Source: Candidatus Methylomirabilota bacterium
Lineage (GTDB): Bacteria; Methylomirabilota; Methylomirabilia; Rokubacteriales; CSP1-6
Length of the DNA: 15,220 nucleotides
Assembly: GCA_046726415.1 (NCBI GenBank)
Contig: JBKPAK010000158.1
Span: 1 to 15,220, forward strand
Reading direction: 5' to 3'
Shown here: one piece after another, positions 1 through 6,683 of the stretch
Layout: every line of letters starts with the position of its first letter
How positions within the stretch are numbered: the stretch's first letter is position 1
Made by a program: the position numbers and the translations under genes
Notes under the pieces: generated by a model
Seen by the model: the letters and a program-made list of their open reading frames with translations, nothing else
Told to the model about the DNA's origin: nothing
Databases searched by the model: none

Positions 1-382
1 CTGCGGGGGCGAGCAGCTCCTCACTGTGCGCCACTACCGGCCGTACCTCGAGCGGCACGCCATGGACACCGTGATGGTCGACGTGTGCTGGCAGGGATTC
101 TCTGCGGCGAAGAAGGTGGCCGATCTCGCCGAGGCGCACGAAACCAACGTGGCTCCGCACAACTACAATGGCCATCTCTCGACGTTCCAGGCGCTGAACT
201 TCGTCGCCTCCGTGTCGAACGTCAAGATCATGGAGAGCGACCCCGACGCGGTGCCGCTGCACGACGAGCTCTTCACCGTCTTGCCGGACATTGACAACGG
301 CCGGATGACCATCCCGACGCGGCCCGGATGGGGCACGGAGCTCAACGAGAAGACGGCGCGCGCGCACGCCTGGTCGGGCTGA
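1..382 (+). CDS. Mandelate racemase/muconate lactonizing enzyme (enolase superfamily) protein, 5'-partial; probable acid-sugar dehydratase-like
   Basis: Frame is open from the window edge (CGGEQLLTVRHY...). C-terminal barrel motifs GE, D..W.G, APHN (His), ME and P.RPGWG.EL.E match the MR/MLE C-terminus. Stop TGA at 380-382. Confidence 0.88.
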   Translation, partial: CGGEQLLTVRHYRPYLERHAMDTVMVDVCWQGFSAAKKVADLAEAHETNVAPHNYNGHLSTFQALNFVASVSNVKIMESDPDAVPLHDELFTVLPDIDNGRMTIPTRPGWGTELNEKTARAHAWSG

Positions 383-563
383 CCGCCAGCGCCCCCCCTG
401 TCTCCGAACGAGAGGCGTGCGATGGGCGACGATCGTTCCTGAGTGGCGGCGTAACAGCGGCGGCCTCGACCCTGCGCCGGCCCATCCGCCCACGATGCCT
501 CCACCCGGATCCTCCTCCCCACCGCGAATCTCGGGGGTACGATGGTGGAGAAGAGGCACGGTC

Positions 564-1793
564 GTGAAGACACTGGCGATTGTCGTGGGCGGGGGCCCGG
601 CTCCCGGGATCAATGCGGTCATCGCGGCGGCGACCATTGAGGCCCGCAACCACGGGGTTCGGGTGCTCGGCTGCTACGACGGCTTCCGCTGGCTCATGGT
701 CGGCGATACCACGCGCGTCGTCGAGCTCGAAATCGGCGACGTCTCGCGCATCCACTTCGAGGGCGGGTCCATTCTGCGAACCTCGCGTGCCAATCCCACG
801 AGGATGCCGGACGGACCCCGCCGGGTGGCCGAGACGCTGCAGGTTCTCGGCGTCAACCACCTGATTGCCATTGGCGGCGACGACACGGCCTTCGCGGCCG
901 CCCGGCTCGCCAATGCCGGGTCTGGCCTCACAGTGGCCCACGTCCCCAAGACGATCGACAACGACCTGCCTCTGCCGAGCGACATCGTCACCTTCGGGTT
1001 CACCACCGCCTGTGACTTGGGCAAGGACCTCGTGCGCAACCTCATGCAGGACGCGGTGACGACCGAGAAGTGGTTCTTCGTCACCGTGATGGGACGGCAT
1101 GCCGGTCACCTCGCCCTCGGCATCGGCGGCGCCGCCGGCGCCACGCTCACCGTCATCGCCGAGGAGTTCCCCCTGGCCTCGATCGGCCTTCAGGATCTCG
1201 TGGACGTCCTGGAGGGGGCGATCATCAAGCGGCGGATGCAGGGACGCGAGCAGGGAGTGGCGATCCTGTCGGAAGGGCTGGCCGAGAAGCTCGATCCCGC
1301 CACCCTGGGACCGGTCGAGCACGACGCCTACGGCAACGTGCGCCTCACCGAGCTGGAGCTGGGGCGCGTGCTCAAGGAACAGGTGTCGGCGAGCCTCAAG
1401 GGGCGGGGGATCGAGGTCAGCATCGTGGCCAAGGACTTGGGCTACGAGCTCCGCTGCGCGCCGCCGGGCGCCCACGACATCCAGTACAGCCGCAGCCTCG
1501 GCTACTGGGCGACGCGATTCCTGCTCGATGGCGGCAGCAATGCCATGGTCACGATTCAGTCCGGACGCCTGGTGCCGGTGCCGTTCGGGCTGATGATCGA
1601 TCCGCGGACCGGACGGATCCGCGTCCGGTACGTCGACGTCGAATCCGAAGCCTATCAGACCCTCGCCGCGTACATGATCCGTCTCAAGCCGGAGGACTTC
1701 GCCCAACCGGAGACGGTGACCGCCCTGGCCCGGGCTGGCAACGTGACGGACGCGGAATTCGTCGCCCGCTTCGGCCGTCTCGCTCGCCGCTGA
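564..1793 (+). CDS. pfp: Pyrophosphate-dependent 6-phosphofructokinase (PfkA family, short-clade type), about 409 aa
   Basis: GTG at 564 after purine-rich GGAGAAGAGG. Motifs GGGPAPGIN, GGSIL.TSR, IGGDD (Asp at the 104-equivalent), PKTIDND (Lys at the 124-equivalent), MGR.AG and LGYELR. The Asp/Lys pair is the established PPi-specificity signature. Confidence 0.93.
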   Translation: MKTLAIVVGGGPAPGINAVIAAATIEARNHGVRVLGCYDGFRWLMVGDTTRVVELEIGDVSRIHFEGGSILRTSRANPTRMPDGPRRVAETLQVLGVNHLIAIGGDDTAFAAARLANAGSGLTVAHVPKTIDNDLPLPSDIVTFGFTTACDLGKDLVRNLMQDAVTTEKWFFVTVMGRHAGHLALGIGGAAGATLTVIAEEFPLASIGLQDLVDVLEGAIIKRRMQGREQGVAILSEGLAEKLDPATLGPVEHDAYGNVRLTELELGRVLKEQVSASLKGRGIEVSIVAKDLGYELRCAPPGAHDIQYSRSLGYWATRFLLDGGSNAMVTIQSGRLVPVPFGLMIDPRTGRIRVRYVDVESEAYQTLAAYMIRLKPEDFAQPETVTALARAGNVTDAEFVARFGRLARR

Positions 1794-1800
1794 TCTGTTC

Positions 1801-1831
1801 GCTCGCGCCGGGGCGACGTCCGGCGTCGAGC
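1801..1831 (+). terminator. GC-rich hairpin downstream of pfp (possible terminator or stabiliser)
   Basis: GCTCGCGCCGG...CCGGCGTCGAGC inverted repeat with one bulge, 7 nt after the stop codon; no clear U-tract. Confidence 0.35.
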
Positions 1832-1900
1832 TTCGCCCGCGATCCACTCATCATGTGAGTCCGTCCGTCATGCCACTCCCGCCGTGTGGCGAATCGCAAT

Positions 1901-1929
1901 TTGACTTGCCGAGGGTCCCTGGCTAGCGT
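1901..1929 (+). promoter_or_regulatory. Sigma70-type promoter for the DUF3159-like gene
   Basis: TTGACT (1901-1906), 17-bp spacer, TAGCGT (1924-1929), 22 nt upstream of ATG 1952. Confidence 0.55.
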
Positions 1930-1951
1930 CGGCGTGAGAATATCGCGTGAC

Positions 1952-2641
1952 ATGACGCTCCCTGCTAAGCCTCCCGGCCGTGTGTCACTGATCGAGCTAC
2001 TGCTCGGGTCAGGACCCCGCTTCGCCCGCGATGCGCTCGGGCCCGTGCTCGCCTTCTATGTCGCCTGGAGGGTGGCGGGATTGTTTGCTGGTGTGGTGGC
2101 CGCCACGCTCGTCGCGGTCTTGGCGTTTTGGTGGCAGCGGCGGCAGGCGGGCACCGGCATCATGCCGGCCGTCGGCCTCGGGATCGCAGCCGTCCAGGCG
2201 GTCGTGGGACTGGCATCGGGGAGCGCGTCGGCCTTTTTCGCGCCGGGCGTCATTGCCAATGGTCTCTACGGCGGAGTCTTTGTCAGTTCGGTTGCCCTCG
2301 GCCGTCCGCTGGCCGGCGTCTTCGCCGGTGAGATGTACGCGTTTCCGAGGCGCGTGCGGGATTCGGCGCTCTTCCGCCGCACCTTCTCGGTAGTCTCACT
2401 GGTCTGGGGCGGATACATGCTGCTTCGCAGCTCTGTGCGCCTCCTGGTCCTTCTCTGGAGCTCCGTCGACCTCTTCGTCGTGGTGAGCATTGCGACGGGA
2501 ATTCCCTGCACCTTGGCTCTCATGACCTGGTCCTTCTGGTATCCCCTTCGAGCATTTCAACGGCAGCCCGAACTGTGGGGTGTCGAGGAGCCGGGCGGCG
2601 CCGCCGACGCAAGCTCGAAGCCGCCCAGCGCATCCACATGA
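1952..2641 (+). CDS. DUF3159/VC0807-like multi-pass membrane protein (IspA/YciB-like), about 229 aa
   Basis: About 6 hydrophobic segments with the pattern S...GRPL.G........P.......FRR.F...S.VWG....R typical of this family. ATG 1952 follows the promoter. Confidence 0.72.
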   Translation: MTLPAKPPGRVSLIELLLGSGPRFARDALGPVLAFYVAWRVAGLFAGVVAATLVAVLAFWWQRRQAGTGIMPAVGLGIAAVQAVVGLASGSASAFFAPGVIANGLYGGVFVSSVALGRPLAGVFAGEMYAFPRRVRDSALFRRTFSVVSLVWGGYMLLRSSVRLLVLLWSSVDLFVVVSIATGIPCTLALMTWSFWYPLRAFQRQPELWGVEEPGGAADASSKPPSAST

Positions 2642-2830
2642 ACATCGACCCTGTGAAGGCCGTGGCCACGCGATGAACATCGACCCTGTGAGAGCCGTGG
2701 CCACGCGATGAACATCGCCCCGGTGAACGCCGTGGCCACGCGCGCCTTCGTCGAGAACGAGGTCGCCGGCGATACCGACTTGGCGGTCAAGATCGGCCTT
2801 CGCCGGGAGGCAGGCTACAGCAGGCCGTAG
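2611..2830 (+). pseudogene. Probable C-terminal gene remnant interrupted by the tandem repeat (tentatively TctC/Bug-like substrate-binding protein)
   Basis: Collapsing the repeat gives KLEAAQRIHMNIDPVKAVATRAFVENEVAGDTDLAVKIGLRR with G/C-ending codons. Family assignment is by eye only. Confidence 0.3.
2638..2742 (+). repeat. Three-copy 35-bp tandem direct repeat
   Basis: Units 2638-2672, 2673-2707 and 2708-2742 (consensus ATGAACATCGACCCTGTGAAGGCCGTGGCCACGCG). Units 2 and 3 differ from unit 1 by 2 and 3 substitutions. Each carries the palindrome CGTGGCCACG. Confidence 0.95.
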
Positions 2831-2994
2831 AGCTTGCCGGCGTTCTCGCAGACGATCTTGCGCTGCACGGTCGGGCTGACGGACGCGAGATCCTCGGCGA
2901 TCCACTTCCGCGAATCGGGCCAGATTCCGTCTGGATGGGGGTAGTCGGAGCCCCACATGATGGTGTCCTCGCCGATGAGCGGGATGCGAGCCAT
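2815..2994 (-). pseudogene. C-terminal remnant of an amidohydrolase_2 (LigI/ACMSD-like) gene
   Basis: IGEDTIMWGSDYPHPDG.WP.S....IVCENAGKLYGL* is the conserved C-terminus of the family. The N-terminal HxH region and most of the barrel are absent, and upstream DNA belongs to the divergent methyltransferase. Confidence 0.82.
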
Positions 2995-3112
2995 CCAGGA
3001 GCCGAGGTGGCTGATGCGCGGAGTATACTCGACCGGTTCCCCACGAGCGCACGAGCGTGATAGGTGGTAGATGATGGTGCTCGCGTTCTTCCCTCGCCCT
3101 GGCGGGGCACCG

Positions 3113-3694
3113 GTGACGAGGCACGCGCCACTCGGAGCGTGCTGGGCGCTTCTTTGCGCGATCATCGCCGCGGGTTGCCTGGCGGGTGCAGGCTGGGCGC
3201 AGGGGCCCGGCGGCGTGCCTCCGGTGCGCGTGCCCGATGTGCATTACGAGCCGTCGGAGATGGAGGTCGTGCAGGCCATGTTGCGGCTGGCCGACGTCAG
3301 GCCCGGCGACGTCGTGTACGACCTCGGGTGCGGTGACGGGCGCATCGTCATCGCTGCAGTGCGCCAGGCTAACGCCAGCGGTGTCTGCGTGGACATCGAT
3401 CCCCAACGCATCGACGAAAGCCGGGAGAACGCTCGGCGGGCGGGAGTCGCCGACCATATCCAGTTCCTGAACCAGGACTTGCTGACCACGGACATCGGCG
3501 GCGCCACTGTCGTGATGCTGTTCCTGTCGCCCCAGTTGAATCTCAAACTACGCCCCAAGCTCCTGCGCGAGCTCCAGCGCGGCACCCGCGTCGTCTCGCA
3601 TTGGCACGACATGGGCGACTGGGCGCCACAGCAAGTCGTGCTCATGTCGAGCGGCGGTCGCGAACGTCGGATCTACCTTTGGACGATCCCCTAG
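3113..3694 (+). CDS. Class I SAM-dependent methyltransferase (FAM173/aKMT-like family) with predicted N-terminal signal peptide
   Basis: PDV.YEPS...V..ML.LA....DVVYDLGCGDGRIVIAA, VDID, ATVV.LFL...LN.KLRPKL, G.RVVSH. Start uncertain: GTG 3113 preferred, ATG 3071/3074 possible. Confidence 0.88.
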   Translation: MTRHAPLGACWALLCAIIAAGCLAGAGWAQGPGGVPPVRVPDVHYEPSEMEVVQAMLRLADVRPGDVVYDLGCGDGRIVIAAVRQANASGVCVDIDPQRIDESRENARRAGVADHIQFLNQDLLTTDIGGATVVMLFLSPQLNLKLRPKLLRELQRGTRVVSHWHDMGDWAPQQVVLMSSGGRERRIYLWTIP

Positions 3695-3727
3695 GGCAGT
3701 GGGAAGAACCACGCCTCGTCGGGCCGG

Positions 3728-4867
3728 TCAACCGAGTCGCAGATTGGTGGACGAGAGGTCGCTGCGGAACTGCGCCTCGGGAATGGCTGAGAAGAGCGAC
3801 CGGTACTCGGTCGGGATGGGAGCTTCGGCGACGGTGGCGAAGCGCCCTGTCCCGTCCACGCGCCCGGCGACCAGGAAGCGGCATCCGTGGGCGGCGATCT
3901 CGTCCAGCGCCGTGCGCATCGCCGTCTCGCGGTTTCCGTAGTACCGGGGCTGCGCAATGCGTTCGGCGGTATCGCTGCCGACCACGAACGTCGCGCCGGG
4001 AAACAGGCGGGCCTTCTCGCCGAAGGTGGGAGCGCGGGTCAGCTCGACGACGTACCGCCACTCGAACTGTCGGAGCCGGCGGCGGACCTCGGCCACCCTG
4101 AGGGACGGCTTGTCGACGTTGGTGACAGACAACTCGAACACGACGGGGGCGCTGAGGATTTGGCCGGCGACGTGGGCCAGGGCGAGATGACCGGCGTGCA
4201 GAGGATTGAACGAGCCGGGCAGGACGGCGCGCGGGATGGGAGCGCTGCGCGCCAGCTGGCCGTCGGGACACGACGTCAGCCGTTCGATCGCCCCGGCCAG
4301 CAATGACTCCAACGGGTCAGGCGGAGGCCGACGCTCCTCCGTGAGCTGGTCGACCGAGTCGAGCAGGCTGCCGATGCTCGGAGTGTCAACCCCACAGGCG
4401 CGGGCCAGCGCGATGACGATCGCTTGCGCCACGATGTCCTCCTCGGCGGCGCGGCCGCGGCGATCCTTGCCCAGCACGATGGACGTCACGTCGATCCCAT
4501 CGTCCGTGACGACGGCGATGTGGCAGCGGTGCTCGCCTTTCTTGGGCCGGTCGCTGGCCAGGCTCGCCGTCGCGCCGAGGCCCACGGTAGCCGTCGCCTC
4601 CGGGGCGAGCTCCTGCGTCCGCTGGCGGGCCTGGAGCGCCATCGCCGTGGCGGTCTCCTCACTGCACGCCTGGGCGGGCGCGCTCGTCAGGAACTTGGCG
4701 AGCGCAGCACCGTCGTAGGGCACGATCGCCTCGACGAGCATGCGCGAGCCGCCGGGCACGCGCAGCAGCTCGCCGATCGCGCCGCTACCGCCGCCGGTGA
4801 TGGCCAGCACCACTCGGCGGCCGGAAGCGTGAATCTTCTCGATGAGTTTTCGCCACGCGTCGTCCAT
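3728..4867 (-). CDS. Two-domain protein: CinA/PncC-like N-terminal domain plus HxGH nucleotidyltransferase (NMNAT/Pof1-like) domain, about 379 aa
   Basis: N-terminus AITGGGS.A...LL.VPGGS..L.EA.VPY...CS.ETA..MA. C-terminus PGSFNPLHAGH, ELSV.NVDKP, TRAPTF.EKA.LFP, FVVG.DT..RI, DLSST.LR. ATG 4867 chosen. Confidence 0.82.
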   Translation of the reverse strand: MDDAWRKLIEKIHASGRRVVLAITGGGSGAIGELLRVPGGSRMLVEAIVPYDGAALAKFLTSAPAQACSEETATAMALQARQRTQELAPEATATVGLGATASLASDRPKKGEHRCHIAVVTDDGIDVTSIVLGKDRRGRAAEEDIVAQAIVIALARACGVDTPSIGSLLDSVDQLTEERRPPPDPLESLLAGAIERLTSCPDGQLARSAPIPRAVLPGSFNPLHAGHLALAHVAGQILSAPVVFELSVTNVDKPSLRVAEVRRRLRQFEWRYVVELTRAPTFGEKARLFPGATFVVGSDTAERIAQPRYYGNRETAMRTALDEIAAHGCRFLVAGRVDGTGRFATVAEAPIPTEYRSLFSAIPEAQFRSDLSSTNLRLG

Positions 4868-4874
4868 CGCGGGC

Positions 4875-4880
4875 AGTATA
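4875..4880 (-). promoter_or_regulatory. -10 element TATACT 7 nt upstream of ATG 4867 (leaderless-type)
   Basis: Minus strand reads GGA-TATACT-GCCCGCG-ATG. No Shine-Dalgarno and no recognisable -35. Confidence 0.45.
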
Positions 4881-5081
4881 TCCGGTGGCATTTGATGTGG
4901 GGTGCGCTCGTTCGCCCCCGGGTTCACGGAGTCCCCGTTCGGCAGCGGTGCCTCATTCGTTGCGACGGCATGACGATTCGTGGAGCGGCTGGTCGCCGAG
5001 GGGAAGCCGCGGTACGCTGGTTCTGTTGGCCCGGAGTTTCTCCATTCTCACGTTCGTCCACAGCGCAAAAGGGAGGCAGTC

Positions 5082-5453
5082 ATGGCAAACCCGTTCGTGC
5101 ACGTGGAGCTACACACCAACGACCTCGCGCGCGCCCGGCAGTTCTACACGAGCTTGTTCGGATGGAAGCTGCAGGACATGCCGATGCCGGGGAACGGAGG
5201 CACCTACACGATGATCGACGTCGGCGGTGGGACCGGCGGCGGCATGATGCTCAACCAGGCGCCGGGAACGCCATCGCACTGGCTGGCTTACGTCGGAGTG
5301 GACGACATCAACGCATCGACGAAGAAGGCCAGGGAGCTGGGAGCCAAGGTGATCGTGGACGTGATGGAGGTCGGCGAATTCGGCTGGATGAGCGTGATCA
5401 GCGACCCCACCGGCGCCACGGTGGCCATGTGGAAGTCGAAGAATACTCAGTGA
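5082..5453 (+). CDS. VOC family (glyoxalase/bleomycin resistance) protein, 123 aa
   Basis: RBS AAGGGAGG. Sequence MANPFVHVEL.T.DL..A..FY..LFGW...W..YV.VDDI......A.ELGA...DPTGA. Confidence 0.92.
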   Translation: MANPFVHVELHTNDLARARQFYTSLFGWKLQDMPMPGNGGTYTMIDVGGGTGGGMMLNQAPGTPSHWLAYVGVDDINASTKKARELGAKVIVDVMEVGEFGWMSVISDPTGATVAMWKSKNTQ

Positions 5454-5454
5454 C

Positions 5455-5564
5455 GTGGGGGGCCCGAAGTGGCCCCCACACCCCACAGCGCTCGGCCCGG
5501 CGGCGCGGGGGGCGATCCTGACGGAGCGGCCATCGTCGGTCGGACCGCTCGTCAGGATCGTCCC
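5455..5564. terminator. Two GC-rich hairpins between convergent genes (bidirectional terminator or REP-like element)
   Basis: Hairpin 1: GTGGGGGGCC-cgaagt-GGCCCCCAC (5455-5479). Hairpin 2: arms of about 20 bp, GGGGCGATCCTGACGGAGCGG (5509-5529) and CCGCTCGTCAGGATCGTCCC (5545-5564). Confidence 0.6.
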
Positions 5565-6628
5565 GGGAGCTGCCAGCCCCCGTACAGGGCATGGGTGTCG
5601 TCGATCGGTAGGCGGACCTGCTGTCGCGTCCGAGCCGCGTGGTACACCGAGGTGATCAACTCGGCCGACGCCCGGGCGTCGGCCACCGCGACGGGGAGCT
5701 CGGAACCGGACTCGAGCGCCCGGTGAAAGCGAAGGAACTGGCCGGCAAAGCCCTCGGGCAGGGGCACGAACGCGGTCAGGGCCTCCCGGATCTGCTTGTC
5801 GATCTCCGGTGAGTCCCCGGTGAACGTCCACGAATCACTGGAGTTGCGGTAGGGCTCGGTGTTGCTTTCGGCGCTGAGGTTGGCGAAGCAGAACCGATGT
5901 CGGCTGATTTCCCGGGCCGAGCCCGTCGTCACCGATAGCGTGCAGAGCGAGCCGTCGGCCATCTCGAGAGTCGCCGCCACACAGTCCTCGGTCTCGATCG
6001 GATTCACGAGGGTGGTGAGGTGGGCGGATACGCTGCGGGCAGGCCCCAGGAGGTAGTACACGAGATCATGGCCGTGGATGGCCAGGTTGACCAGCGGGCC
6101 ACCGAGCTCCGTCGCCCACTTGGCTCGCCACGGGACCGCGTAGTACGCGGCTCGGCGGCGCCATGCCGTCTCCACGGTTGTCAGGTAAGCGCGCCCCGTG
6201 ATCCCTTGATCGGCGAGGAATTTGAGCTTCTGGATGCCGTGGCCGAAGCGGTACTGGAAGATTGGCATCACGCGGCGGCCAGATCGCTTCTCGGCCTCGG
6301 CCACCCGGTCCGCTTCCTGGAGTGACCCGGCCAGCGGCTTCTCGCAGATCACGTGCCGTCCCGCTTCCAGGGCCTGGAGCGTCTGGGCAACGTGTAGGTA
6401 GGGCGGCGTGCAGATGTCGATGACGTCCAGATCGTCCATCGCGCAGAGCGCGCGGAAATCCGTGGTCACGCGAGGGATCGCGTACTGCGTCGCGACCTGG
6501 CGCATTCGCTCCTCATCGAGCTCGCAGATCGCGGCCACCTCGAACTGTTCGGGCAGGCTCCGATAAGCGTCCACGTGTGGTCGCCCGATGCCACAGCCGA
6601 CCACGCCTACCTTCAACCTACCGCTCAT
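5552..6628 (-). CDS. Gfo/Idh/MocA family NAD(P)-dependent oxidoreductase, 358 aa
   Basis: VGVVGCGIG Rossmann motif, D..DICTPP..H, HVICEKPL, GG....AIH.HD; RBS GGGAG. Confidence 0.93.
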   Translation of the reverse strand: MSGRLKVGVVGCGIGRPHVDAYRSLPEQFEVAAICELDEERMRQVATQYAIPRVTTDFRALCAMDDLDVIDICTPPYLHVAQTLQALEAGRHVICEKPLAGSLQEADRVAEAEKRSGRRVMPIFQYRFGHGIQKLKFLADQGITGRAYLTTVETAWRRRAAYYAVPWRAKWATELGGPLVNLAIHGHDLVYYLLGPARSVSAHLTTLVNPIETEDCVAATLEMADGSLCTLSVTTGSAREISRHRFCFANLSAESNTEPYRNSSDSWTFTGDSPEIDKQIREALTAFVPLPEGFAGQFLRFHRALESGSELPVAVADARASAELITSVYHAARTRQQVRLPIDDTHALYGGWQLPGRS

Positions 6629-6683
6629 GGCGCTCCCGCCCTGCCAGGCGTCGGACCCCTCCCACAGGGTAGGGTGGCCAACG

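Noticed and set aside
417-563. N-terminal extensions in the ORF track (417 for pfp; likewise 1886, 4927, 4980, 7808, 8916 and 15016)
   Set aside because: Family similarity and RBS or promoter positions support the downstream starts used here.
342-1847. 501-aa minus-strand ORF
   Set aside because: Antisense shadow of pfp.
2638-2742. CRISPR array (35-bp repeats with an internal palindrome)
   Set aside because: Units are directly adjacent with no spacers, and there is no leader or cas gene.
2815-3165. 116-aa ORF as an intact amidohydrolase
   Set aside because: Only the last ~55 residues resemble the family; the rest overlaps the methyltransferase start and lacks metal-binding motifs.
2638-3694. 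RiPP cluster (mini-peptides plus methyltransferase)
   Set aside because: No leader/core structure, maturase, protease or exporter; the peptides are better explained by duplication within a gene remnant.
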